A stretch of DNA of 32,000 nucleotides, from NCBI GenBank assembly GCA_054661495.1, contig BAAFSQ010000004.1, positions 70,200-102,199 of the forward strand, in the 5' to 3' direction. This DNA is from Zygophlyctis sp. KS116. Lineage: Eukaryota > Fungi > Chytridiomycota. Positions 1-11,151 of this stretch are shown piece by piece. How positions within the stretch are numbered: the stretch's first letter is position 1; every line of letters begins with the position of its first letter. The translations under genes were made by a program, and so were the position numbers. The notes beneath the pieces were generated by a model that made no database searches, was not told the origin of the DNA, and worked only from the letters and a program-made list of their open reading frames with translations.

Positions 1-665
1 CCCATCTTTAAACTCTCCAACTCCCTCTGGAGTTCCAGTCAAAATCAAGTCTCCTTAAATTTTTAAAATGAAATTAAATTACCTTTTTCCAAAGTCATTT
101 TACTAGATATATTAGCTATTAAAGTGGGAATATCAAAAACCATATCAGATATTTTACCATGTTGGACTTGAGATCCATTTAATTTTAATCCAAAACTAAG
201 ATCTTTTACATTATTAATTTCGTTTTTGAGCAGAAATCGCGAAATCGGAGTAAAAGTATCACAACCTTTAGCTATAGTCCAAGGTTCTCCATTTTTTATG
301 GCATCCTTTTGCCAATTTCTAGCTGTTACCTAATAATAAAAATATAAAATACTAATACATCAATTGCTAATACATAACCTCCTACATGATCCATAGCATT
401 AGCACAACTTATTTTCCTTCCTGCAGATCCAATAACTACACCAAGTTCTATTTCATAATGACAATGAGCATTCATAGGAATAAGAATCGGTCCTTGATCT
501 TGTAAAAGATAAGAAGTTGTTGGTTTTAGGAATAGAATGGGATCTTTTGGGACAGTATTCCCCAATTCTTTAGCATGAGCACTAGTTATTAAGGGATTTT
601 AGTTACGCATAGTTCCTGCCAACTCCAATGATCTTTTTACCAAGTCTGTAAAAGTCTGACGGCAT
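1..665 (-). CDS. FAHD1: Fumarylacetoacetate hydrolase domain protein (FAHD1/Fmp41-like), 3' end runs out of the window
   Basis: Spliced: ATG at 665, MPSDFYRLGKKIIGVGRNYA|AHAKELGNTVPKDPILFLKP...HYEIELGVVIG...GYVLAID|VTARNWQ...PWTIAKGCDTFTPIS...|GDLILTGTPEGVG. Introns 582-606 (25 nt), 330-358 (29), 54-82 (29). Confidence 0.95.
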
Positions 666-690
666 CTTGGGCAAGCGCTCACTCGTATCA

Positions 691-776
691 GATAGTAGGC
701 TGTAAGATAGTAGGCATGTCTATGTCTGATGGTAGGCTGTACGATAGTAGGCGTATCAGCACAGCAGATTGTAGGG
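691..776. promoter_or_regulatory. Repeated GATAGTAGGC motif in the 116-bp divergent FAHD1/ACS promoter
   Basis: GATAGTAGGC at 691, 706 and 743; GATGGTAGGC at 728; degenerate GATTGTAGGG at 767. A regulatory role is inferred from position only. Confidence 0.5.
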
Positions 777-781
777 GATAA

Positions 782-2869
782 ATGACTGTTTTGATGGACA
801 TGGACAAGATAACGGTAAAGCCAACAGTAAAAACTCATATTTCTGGAATAGATGAATATCAGAAAATGTACAAGGAATCTATTGAATCGCCAGAAACGTT
901 TTTTAGTAATATGGCATTGAAAAATCTAGACTGGTTTAGACCTTTTGATCATATTAAATCAGGTGGTTTTGAGAATGGGGATGTTTCTTGGTTCTTAGGT
1001 GGTCAATTAAATGTCGCTTATAATTGTATTGATAGGCACGCTTTGAAAAATCCATCAAAAGTCGCAATCATTTATGAGGCGGATGAGCCTGATCATCATG
1101 TTTATATTACATATGGTCAGCTGCTTGATAAAGTTTGTCGATTAAGTAATGTTTTGAAAAAGAAGGGAGTTAAAAAGGGAGATACTGTTTGCATTTATAT
1201 GCCAATGGTTCCAGAAGCAGCTTATGCTATGTTGGCTTGTGCTAGAATTGGTGCTGTTCATAGCGTGGTTTTTGCGGGATTTAGTAGCGAAGCACTTCGA
1301 TCCAGAATTTTAGATGCAAACTGCAAACTTTTGATCACTGCTGATCAAGGGAAAAGAGGTGGAAAAACTATACAACTGAAGAAAATTGCGGATGAGGCAC
1401 TACTGGAATGTCCTGGAGTCAAGGTTATTTATAAAAGTCTGATTTATAGGATGTGATTGTCTTTCAAAGAACTGGTGATTCATCAGTCATGTTTTATCCC
1501 GAAAGAGACTGTTGGTGGCATGAAGAAGTAAGGGAACAACGTCCGGTTTGTCCGTGCGAGTTTATGAGTAGTGAGGATCCTCTGTTTATGCTTTATACCT
1601 CTGGATCTACTGGAAAGCCAAAAGGAGTGGTTCATACACAGGCTGGATATATCCTGGGTGCTACATTGACCTGCAAATACGTGTTTGATATTCATCCAGG
1701 AGATGTTTACGCTTGTATGGCGGATGTGGGATGGATAACAGGGCATTCTTATATTGTATATGGTCCGCTTTCCAATGGAACGACGACAGTAATGTTTGAA
1801 TCAGTTCCTACGTATCCAAGTCCTTCAAGATATTGGCAAATGGTGGATAAGCATAAGATCAATCAGCTTTATACTGCACCCACTGCAATCAGGGCGTTGC
1901 GACGTTTCGGGGACAATTTTGTATCAGTCTATAAACTGGATTCACTTCGTACTTTAGGTTCTGTTGGTGAGCCTATTAATCCAGAGGCTTGGATGTGGTA
2001 CTATGAAGTTTGTGGGCGGGAGAAATGTGTAATAGTCGATACCTACTGGCAAACTGAAACAGGTTCAATTATTGTCACTCCTTTGCCCGGAGTGGGCGAT
2101 TTAAAACCGGGATCTGCTACTCTTCCATTTTTTGGAATAAATTTGGCTATTTTGGATCCTTCGACTGGAAAAGAGCTAGTTGGGAACAATGTCACTGGAG
2201 TTTTAGCTGTTCGTAATACTTGGCCTTCAATTGCACGGTATTTTTCAATATTGAACTAATATTAAGAACAGTATTTAACAATCATTCTCGCTATTTGGAC
2301 ACTTATATGAATCCATATAAAGGGTTTTACTTCACTGGAGATGGTGCAACGAGAGATTCAGATGGATTTTACTGGATACGTGGTCGTGTTGAGTGAGTTT
2401 TTTCTTTTAACATAAAGTGATGTTATCAATGTCTCTGGACATAGGCTTAGCACTGCAGAGATTGAATCTGCGTTGATTGTTAATCCTAATTGCTCTGAAA
2501 GTGCAGTAATTGGTATTCCTGACGATTTGACTGGGTAAAACTAAAATATCATTGATCTATAGACAAGCAATTGTGTGCTTTTGTACGTTGAAATCTCCTG
2601 CAGAAGAAGCGGACACGATTAAAAGTTTAATGAATGAAGTTCGTAGCCAAATTGGTCCTTTTGCTACGCCAAAGCGTATATATCTAGTCTCTGACCTCCC
2701 TAAAACTCGATCAGGAAAGATAATGCGTCGAATTTTGCGTAAATTGGCAGGTGGTGATGTCAAAAAAGAGGATACTTTGGATGAAAAAAGATTAATGGAA
2801 ATATTGGGTGACTTAAGTACTCTGGCGGATCCCTCAGTGATTTATTCACTAATTGAAAAAGTCTTTTAA
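782..2869 (+). CDS. ACS: Acetyl-CoA synthetase (AMP-forming)
   Basis: Motifs [63 protein letters not shown]. Introns 1424-1449 (26), 2238-2266 (29), 2393-2417 (25), 2535-2562 (28) join the track ORFs into one frame. Confidence 0.97.
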
Positions 2870-2955
2870 AAGATTCGATTTCGAGTAGTGGATTAGAAAG
2901 TCGTTATCAAAGTTCTCTTAAATAAAGTAGTGTTTAATGTATTTTTTTCTTCATA

Positions 2956-4743
2956 TTAGTAATAGTTCACCAGAAGAAACCGATCCATGGTGGTAACATG
3001 AAGCAAAGAATTTTTAATTTTTAATACAGGATAGTCCAGATCATCCATCAACGGCTTTGAGGACGGATTATCGATGACGAAAATGTCTTTTTCCACAAAT
3101 CCTAATCTTTCTGGAATTCCTCTGGTTCTTGCAATGTCATTTTTTCCAAAAAGCATGATGTATGTTGGCAAAGGTATATTTTTTACACTGCAGTCTCTTT
3201 GCACAAGTCCGATTACAGTTTTAATAATATGATGATAAGTTTCAAAAGATTTTAAGAAGAAACTTCTGGGAAGAATTTGAGGGAAGAAAATAACCCCTTT
3301 TCTTTGATCCCATTCAGCAACTCCAAATGATATGCAGCTAAGATCATAATCTGTTGATCCACGATTCATGGCAAGATTAAGGCTATTAAAGTTATCTTCT
3401 TGCCCAATAATTTTAAGCCAGCTGTTGCTGCCAACCTGTTTCTGTACTTTAGCTCTTGCCTTATTTCTATGTTGTTTATCCATCCATTCAAGTACTACAT
3501 ATCTGGATATATTTTGTGACTCTGGATTTGACAAGTAGTTTAGTACACCATCTTTCCATAATGTCATTATATTTTCGTTTATCAAATCTGAAAATGATTG
3601 ACCCTGTAATTCCAAACTAAATGGTATCGCGTACAAAGATATATAACTATCAAAGAATACATCCTGAATCTGGGAAACAATTGTACTAGTCAGCTGCGAC
3701 TGAGTATAGAACTGACTTTTAAATGTAGTGTCACCAACCCTCAGATGTGGGAGAGCACAAGTTCGCCGACCCGTTTCAAATAATTCCATTGGTCTCCATT
3801 TTCCTGTTCTTGTTTTTCCTCCTCCACCACATTCACTACAAAATTTAAATTTCAGAGTACAATAAGTGCAAACAAATTCTACTGATAAATCTTCTGGAAA
3901 TGCATCATCAGAGTCTGCAAGTCTAATTCCTCCATTGCCAATGGTTCTACGACAAACTTCGCATTCTACTAGCTTAAGTTCATTAATAGATTTTTTTCTT
4001 GTTGTTGGAACATATTGATGAGTAACAAACTTTACTGGAGGCATATATCCACCAGAACAAGTTGTACATAATACATCAATAAGATAAGTCTTTTCTAATT
4101 CATCAACGGGCCCCCGTAAATAAATCATTGCAATTTTCCTTTCACAAGTACCCGAACATTCACAAGGATTGATAATGGTCTTTTTTCTAGATACTTTTGT
4201 CTTTTCTGCAGGTTTGCTTGATTCAGTCTGTTCTAAAGATCTTCGCTTTTTATTTGGAGAATGAGTTCTTTTGTTTTCATACTGATCTACATGACCATAA
4301 AAACCTTGATGTTCACGAACAGCTCCATGATCTTGATAAAAAGCGTTTGGATCTTGATAAAAAGCGTTTGGATCTTGATAAAAAGCATTTGGATCTTGAA
4401 TTTCTTGAGCCTGAAAGTGTCCGATATTCCCAATAGGCACAAAGGGTCCATAATTCCCAGGTTGATACAATGGAGACAAATAAGGTCCTTGATCATAAGC
4501 TCCAAAATTATATCTAGCAGGACTTATTGGAGATGGGAGACTGTTATAAATTAAAGATTTATCCGCCATAATAGATTGTTTTTGACTCATAACTTCCAAT
4601 TCTAGACCACAATTATTTTTAAGCAGTAAATCGGTCTTCTCAGAGACTGAATCTTTTTGATGCAGATCCTCAGAATATGGTTCCAACTCGATCGGACTAG
4701 CAAGTTTAGACACTTCTGACATCATTCTAATAATTATTACCAT
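2956..4743 (-). CDS. Uncharacterised Cys-rich (multi-CxxC) protein with possible GNAT-like C-terminus
   Basis: About 595-aa uninterrupted ORF (first ATG 4743; alternative starts 4725/4722). CxxC pairs CSGTC, CTTC, CEVC, CTYC and CSEC, followed by GGGGKTRTGKWRPMELFETGRRTC. Basic NLS-like KKRR and a low-complexity N-terminus. Confidence 0.8.
   Translation of the reverse strand: MVIIIRMMSEVSKLASPIELEPYSEDLHQKDSVSEKTDLLLKNNCGLELEVMSQKQSIMADKSLIYNSLPSPISPARYNFGAYDQGPYLSPLYQPGNYGPFVPIGNIGHFQAQEIQDPNAFYQDPNAFYQDPNAFYQDHGAVREHQGFYGHVDQYENKRTHSPNKKRRSLEQTESSKPAEKTKVSRKKTIINPCECSGTCERKIAMIYLRGPVDELEKTYLIDVLCTTCSGGYMPPVKFVTHQYVPTTRKKSINELKLVECEVCRRTIGNGGIRLADSDDAFPEDLSVEFVCTYCTLKFKFCSECGGGGKTRTGKWRPMELFETGRRTCALPHLRVGDTTFKSQFYTQSQLTSTIVSQIQDVFFDSYISLYAIPFSLELQGQSFSDLINENIMTLWKDGVLNYLSNPESQNISRYVVLEWMDKQHRNKARAKVQKQVGSNSWLKIIGQEDNFNSLNLAMNRGSTDYDLSCISFGVAEWDQRKGVIFFPQILPRSFFLKSFETYHHIIKTVIGLVQRDCSVKNIPLPTYIMLFGKNDIARTRGIPERLGFVEKDIFVIDNPSSKPLMDDLDYPVLKIKNSLLHVTTMDRFLLVNYY
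4329..4399. repeat. 21-bp coding tandem repeat, ~3.4 copies (QDPNAFY)
   Basis: GATCTTGATAAAAAGC(G/A)TTTG at 4329, 4350 and 4371, partial copy at 4392. Confidence 0.95.
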
Positions 4744-4848
4744 GATATGACTGATCAAAAGGAAAAAATGATGACTCTCCAAGAGATAAAAACATATTTA
4801 TTGAGCTTTCCTTCTTCTTGTCCAAGACTTGAGACATTTTTAAAATCT

Positions 4849-5706
4849 CTAAACAAACAATAACAATGGCGCCATGACTTTTAGATCTGAATTCCTAAAA
4901 TATTCCCAATTTATCTCTGGTAAATCTTTCGGAAACTCTTGAATCCAATTAATAACTAATAATCCCAAGCAAGTTGTATACACTCTTGAGTTTTTCGATC
5001 TTGGGATCACCTTGAAATATTTTGAAATCTTGTGTAAATCCAATTTAGAGTCTTTAATTTTTTGACAAGAGAGTCCTTGTAAATAAAAATCTAGAATCTC
5101 CATTTTTAACTTATTACAAGAAAACAAACTTGTGAATTCAATGATTTCTTGTACGTCTAAATTAGACATTAAAACCGACATTTGATCCATATAAATCTCT
5201 TGAAATTCGTTTCGATCCAATACAATACTAATCTTGAATAAGCATTTTGAATTAATTACCAATTCTAACCAATATACAATTTCCTGTTTAGTAGTTTTAA
5301 AAATCGATCTTAAATACATTAATAAATGCCTGAAATCCACTTTTAAAAGTAGAGCATCATCTTTAGAAATTGTATAATCCAGTTTCAAGTGTAATCTAAT
5401 CCATTCAGACTCTAGAGGATCATGAATTTTAGATTTTATAATGTCTAGTAGCGAGAGTTTGTAACAATGTAAATAATCTTTAAAGCAAGGATGGAAAGTA
5501 GAATGATTTAATAGTAGAAAATCTAGTAATTTTGTATGACTAGTAGACTTTGAGTCTTTAAAAGACTGAAATATTTTATGTATCAATGCACCACTTGGAT
5601 GTCCGAACTTTGAATATTCTTGCAGCAGATCCTCTACAGAGTCAAAGAGTCCTTCTTCGACAAGAGAAGAAATGTTTTCAGACATTGCATTGGTAAATTG
5701 AGACAT
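4849..5706 (-). CDS. Helical 285-aa protein, possibly Nse5/SIMC1/SLF1-like (Smc5/6 loader)
   Basis: Single-exon ORF filling the gap between neighbours. N-terminal LVEEGLFDSVEDLLQEY...HPSGALIHKIF...LLLNHSTFHPC resembles my recollection of the SIMC1 Nse5-like domain. The CDS is well supported; the function is tentative. Confidence 0.7.
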   Translation of the reverse strand: MSQFTNAMSENISSLVEEGLFDSVEDLLQEYSKFGHPSGALIHKIFQSFKDSKSTSHTKLLDFLLLNHSTFHPCFKDYLHCYKLSLLDIIKSKIHDPLESEWIRLHLKLDYTISKDDALLLKVDFRHLLMYLRSIFKTTKQEIVYWLELVINSKCLFKISIVLDRNEFQEIYMDQMSVLMSNLDVQEIIEFTSLFSCNKLKMEILDFYLQGLSCQKIKDSKLDLHKISKYFKVIPRSKNSRVYTTCLGLLVINWIQEFPKDLPEINWEYFRNSDLKVMAPLLLFV

Positions 5707-5749
5707 CTAATAATCAATTCTAGAGTTCCGAAAGATTAAATTCGGACAA

Positions 5750-8017
5750 ATGACACAAGTTTTGGACAAGAGTCGACATGAGGACGCTATACTTCACTTG
5801 AAACAAAGAGACTCTGATAAGAAACAAATTATAAAGTTTGTCAAGAATGCAATTATTGGAAATAGAACAAATAAACAGATTTATATTTGTCTCGGACTCG
5901 TAAATGAATTGGTACAAACAATGGAAAATGCAGATGATGAACTCAAAACTGAAATTGTTATTGTTATTTGTTCTCTAGCTCATGGTTCAAGAGATCAAGT
6001 AGAGGAAATTACTAGACAAGGAGCATTGGAACCGTTATTTAATTGTTTAAACGTCAAAGTAGAAAAATTGGTACAAGCAGCAGCAAAAGCGATAAGAGCT
6101 ATAATGCAATATCCAGAAATTGTTTCAAATGTTAAAAATGAATGGGTAAACATATTAATTGCAAAATTATATTTGGAAAATTCAAATATCGGTGTTGCAA
6201 GTACTTGCGCTTCAGGTAATTTAATAAAGAATGAAATCACAGTGTTGGCCAAAATGGCCCAAGCTTCCACGTCAATTCAATCTTTAATTTTAGATATTGG
6301 TGGGATTGAACCATTGATTTTATTATTACAAAACGATTCTTTAAAATGTAAAGAAGCAGCTTTAGAAGCACTAGGTAGTGTTTGCTTTAAAAGGTATCAG
6401 ACAGTTTCAGAAATTTCTCTCTTGAAAAGTATTTTTAAAAAAATCTAATATAGTAAATAGGTCAAGATGGAGAAGATATTTTGTCTTATATAATATCAGA
6501 AATAAGGAATGGGAATAATCCAGTTAAATTACAGGCGTGTTCATGGTATTATTGATAAAATTAAGAGATAGTTTAGTGAAAATGTTTACAACTGGTGGAC
6601 TTCCGATGGATTTTTCTCCTTGTATGGTGTTTAATGTTTTTCCTACAATTATAAAACTATTTTCTGATACTGGATCATATCAAATTGATTCAACAATTCA
6701 GGAAAATTCAATAAGGATATTTTCAATGCTGGTTTTGGATAATGAAGATTTTCAAAAAGTTGCCATGGATAGTGATTCTATTTTACAGTTGGCAGAAATA
6801 TTAAATAATGGTCCAAAAGATATTGTCGAAGAGTATTCTTCTGCTTTGGATTACATAGGAAGAAAATCAAGTTGGGAAAAAACTGAAGAGGTAAATTGAC
6901 AAATCTTATCAAAAAGAGTGTATTATATGCAATATCTGCAGTAACTTCTCTTAGGGAAGAAAATAGGCGGCAGGCATTAGATTCTAAAATATTACCAAGG
7001 ATAAAGGCTGCTTTATCTAGTCCCTTTGAAGGAGTAAGAGCAGCAGCATGTCAAGTGACTAGATCTCTTTCTAGATCTGTGAAAAATTTAAGGACTTCTC
7101 TGGTTGATTCAGGTATTGCTGTACCTCTAGTTAAACTCTTGAAAGATGTAAATCTTTCTGTTCAGATTGCAGCATCTGCAACATTATGTAATATCGTTCT
7201 GGATTTTTCTCCAATGAAGACTATTATAATTGATAATGGTGGTCTGGAATTATTAGTTCAGCTTGTGGTCTCTTCTGTTGATACTTCACTTCGAATAAAT
7301 GCACTTTGGGCCCTAAAAAATGTTTTGTTCGAGGCAGATTCTACAATTAAAGCTCGTGTAATCTCTCAACTTGGATTTGAAACAGTTTATAAATTATGCC
7401 AGGATCCATCATTTGTAATTCAAGAGCAAGCTTTGAATATAATTCGCAATACTGCATGTAGAACAGAACAAGACATTGAATTCGTAGTCCAAGGTCTTGG
7501 TGCAGCTAATCTTGTACAAATTCTTGAAAGAAACCTTTGCTTGGTAGGAATTCCGGATGTGATTCATCTACATGTAAATCCAAAATTATACTAATGCTAG
7601 ACTTTGTATATTCTTGTTAATGTGGCTACCGGTAGTTCACTTCATAAATCTTTCATAACGAATTCACAGACCATTATAGCCAATGTCATTCGCTTACTTC
7701 ATCACTCCAAACCACAAATACGCATTGCTGCTCTGTGGGTAGTCATCAACCTTACATGGACTGATGATCCCGAGTCATTATCTAGAAGAGAGATTTTTAA
7801 GGGCTTTGGATTTCCAGAATTATTAAATCAGCTATTTGAAAAAGAGGAAAACATTGATGTATCAGAACGCATCAAGACAGCTCTCTTAAATTTCAACCCG
7901 CGCAGTCTAAAGGAGAATCATGAAATGAAAGTTGATAATTCTGGATCTGAGCCGTTACTTTTTGGAACGGTGTATGATGATGATACTGGAGACTATGTTT
8001 TGGGCGACCCCGTGTAA
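5750..8017 (+). CDS. ARMC8: Armadillo repeat protein 8 (GID/CTLH complex, Vid28/Gid5 orthologue)
   Basis: Signatures IKFVKNAIIGNRTNK, RSLSRSVKNLRTSLVD, ASATLCNIVLDFSPMK, NALWALKN. Introns 6216-6242 (27, in-frame, probable), 6429-6460 (32), 6546-6571 (26), 6891-6916 (26), 7574-7600 (27). Confidence 0.92.
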
Positions 8018-8083
8018 ATAGTAGACTGATTAAATGTCCACCTAAAAAAATGATAACGAATTGATTTTTGAAAATTTCCAGTT

Positions 8084-9544
8084 ATGTTGCGATGGATTCC
8101 GATTTTAGGAAGGATGAGTCTCACAGATTACCTTAGGCTGATCTTGGCATATGCAATATTGATAACTGAACCCATCTTCAGGTTTGTAGTCCGGCTGCTC
8201 CCTAAAGCCTTCACAAGTGGATTTGATAAACATCATGGTTTGAAAAGCAATACTGCAGAGTTTGTAGAGTCCTGTGGCTTCAAATGCCAGGATCATTTTG
8301 TTACTACAAAAGATGGATACGTGCTGGGAATTCATAGAATTATAGATCCTCCTATTGACGCGCCGGATATCAGTAAGAGGCCTCCAGTTTTACTTTGGCA
8401 TGGCTTTCTAATGTGCTCAGAAGTTTGGGTTTGCTCTCCGGATCCCAAAATGTCATTGGCTTTAACACTTGTAAAAGCAGGATATGATGTCTGGCTGGGG
8501 AATTCTAGGGGGAATAAGTACTCTGCCAAACACTTAAAATGGAAACAGAGCCAAGAAAGATTCTGGGATTTCTGCTTTGATCAAGTCGCTCTTCATGATG
8601 TTCCCAGTACGATCAATTATATTTTAAGAATTACAAACAAAGAGACATTATCTTATATTGGATTTTCTCAAGGGACAGCTCAAGCATTTGCTGGTCTAAG
8701 TTTCGATCCAGAATTGAATAAGAAAATCAATCTATTTATAGCTTTGGCACCTGTTACTAAACCAATAGGATTGGGTAGATTTCATACATGATAATCTAAT
8801 TTTTTAGAAAATCAGGGGTTTAATTCTCTTGTTAGAACATCTCCTGACATAATATATCTCTTATTTGGTCGTAGATGCTTAATTAGTGTGATTCTCTTCT
8901 GGCAAAAAATAGTCCCACCTTATTTATGGGCAGCTATTATTGAAAACTCTATATATTTTATTTTTAATTGTAAGTTTTCTAACTAAAATCAAGGGGATTC
9001 AAAGCATCTATTATATAAAGAAAATAATTTTCGGCATCTTTATTCTTACTCTTCTGTTAAATGCGTTGTACATTGGTTTCAAATAATTTCTTCACAAAGG
9101 TGTGTTACCATTTTATAATTTTTTGTAGATTTCAAATGTATGATGATTCTCCTACATTTTTAACAAATACTGATGGACATGTGGTGCCTGAATATCCTTT
9201 GAAATCTATTAAAACTCCTATTGCTCTATTCTTTGGAAAGAAGGATACGCTCCCAGATCTACCTTATATGCTACAAACATTGCCGGCCCCTGTTTTGAAT
9301 GTGCAGATTGCAGGTACTTTTTCAAACTTTAAAATTAGAATATGAACATCTGCATTTTTTATGGGGCGAAGGGATAGATCAACTTGTTTATCCTGCAGTA
9401 CTAGGCCTTTTGGATGAATATAACAAGTCTCTTAAACCAGAACCAATACGTACTGTTCCATGGATCACACCACTGCAGATCATTAATTTCAAAAGAACCG
9501 CTGAATCGGATGGCATTATTAGAAAATCTCTTCATTCTTTATAA
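8084..9544 (+). CDS. Alpha/beta-hydrolase sterol esterase / acid lipase (Tgl1/Yeh-like)
   Basis: VTTKDGYVLGIHRI, LWHGFL, GYDVWLGNSRGNKYS, nucleophile motif GFSQG, C-terminal YEHLHFLW. Introns 8775-8807 (33), 8970-8993 (24), 9100-9128 (29), 9314-9338 (25). Confidence 0.93.
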
Positions 9545-9606
9545 ATAAATAATTGGCTTTTTACCCGTTCCCGACTCTTTGCAACGTCATACAACTGGAA
9601 ATTTAA

Positions 9607-11151
9607 ATGCTAATCTCAGCAAAAATCCATATTCCTAGTAGGAATATGCAGGAAGAATTTAAGATTGATTCAGATAAATGTATATGGAGTTTGAAAATGG
9701 AAATCATATCAAAAGTCCGAAACCTTGAGAACGAATTGAATTTCGGACTTGTTCTCGTTGATCATGGTAAGAGATCAAATGTGTTTCTTAATGAATCAAA
9801 AACATTTGCTGATTTGGGAATCTCTTCTGATGTACATTAATGAAAAGATAACTGAAAGATCACTTTAGATTTTGTCAGAAAACAACGTCTCGAATGGTTC
9901 GACAATGAACTATCAAACGCTAACCAAAAAAATAATAAGAAAAATTCAAAATTCATGATTGAATTCTCAAAGATGAACGGTAAAAATGTTTGTAATCAGT
10001 TTATGCAAATCTTGAAATCCAATGATCCAAACTTTTTAGTACCAGAAACTGGAGAGACTCCTTTAAGCATAGCAGCCTTGAATGAAGACCTGGACATGAT
10101 TGTGCTGCTAGTTAATAATGGCGCATTGCTAGATTATAGAGTTGGGACTAATCTTGGGGCCAAAACGCCTCTACAGATCGCTGCAGCTAATGGCAAAACC
10201 AAATCTGTGAGGGTAAAATAATTTCAAACTAATTGCAAGAAACTCATCGAAATGCAATCATGGATAGACGCTCCAGACGTGAATAACTTGACCGCTCTAT
10301 ATTATGCTGCAGAAAAAGGGTATGGAGAAATTTGCTTTAGACTGCTCATGGCCAAAGCCAATCCAAATGTATTAGATCAAATAGGCGCATCACCTCTACA
10401 CGTTGCCTCTCAAGAAAATTATGATAGTATTCTAATGCTTCTTATAGATTTTGGAGGAAATTTCCAGATTTCAAATAATCTTGGAAATACACCATTGCAT
10501 ATTGCAGCATTAAGAAACTCTGATCGATGCATTAAATGTTTATTGAAGAGAGGTGCAAATAGAAATGCTCTGAACACTTTGAATGAAACTCCTTTAAAGA
10601 TTGCAGAACTATTTAGGCTGGATGATACTGCAGAATGTATTCGAACCTTTAATGATAAGAATATTGAACCACCACCTAAGGAGCCTTGTCCGATTACACC
10701 TCAAGACTCATTAATTGTTAATAATGTTTTAAAAGCTCTGGAGTTCAAACACATTGAACCTTCTCCAATCAGTATTGCTAATCAAACTGTTATCGAAAGA
10801 AATCTCTTGAAAAAAGAGCAGAGACCACGAATAATTTCTGATTCTTCAAACGACCCTGAAGACACTAAAGATATACTCTATTTAAATTCTAGGATGGACA
10901 TACTAGAAAGTAGAGAAACTGTTATCGACACGCCCTTGTCTGATAAAGCGCCTCTACAAGAATGCAGGAACGGTTTTCAAAATGCCTTTATGGGTAACTG
11001 CATCAAATCAAACGTAATTTCCTCTCTCCAAATAATGCGATCTCAAATTGATTCCTTTTACATTGGGGAAACATCGAGTAACTTGGAAGATTTACTTTAT
11101 TCATTTACAGTCCTTGAAAATTCCCTTCAAGAATTATTAAATTGCAAATAA
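9607..11151 (+). CDS. Shank-like protein: N-terminal ubiquitin-like (FERM F0/SPN) domain plus ankyrin repeats
   Basis: NFGL...VFLNESKTFADLG|ITLDFVRKQR, then DPNFLVPETGETPLSIAA and ankyrin repeats (KTPLQIAA, LTALYYAA, ASPLHVAS, NTPLHIAA, ETPLKIAE). Introns 9832-9858 (27) and 10213-10239 (27). Confidence 0.8.

Noticed and set aside
599-838. 79-aa minus-strand ORF over the FAHD1/ACS promoter
   Set aside because: It overlaps two real genes in the wrong frame and gains length from the repeated promoter motif.
4197-4554. Three overlapping repeat-containing ORFs (LDLDKKR, VWILIKS, IQTLFIK)
   Set aside because: These are shadow frames of the 21-bp QDPNAFY repeat.
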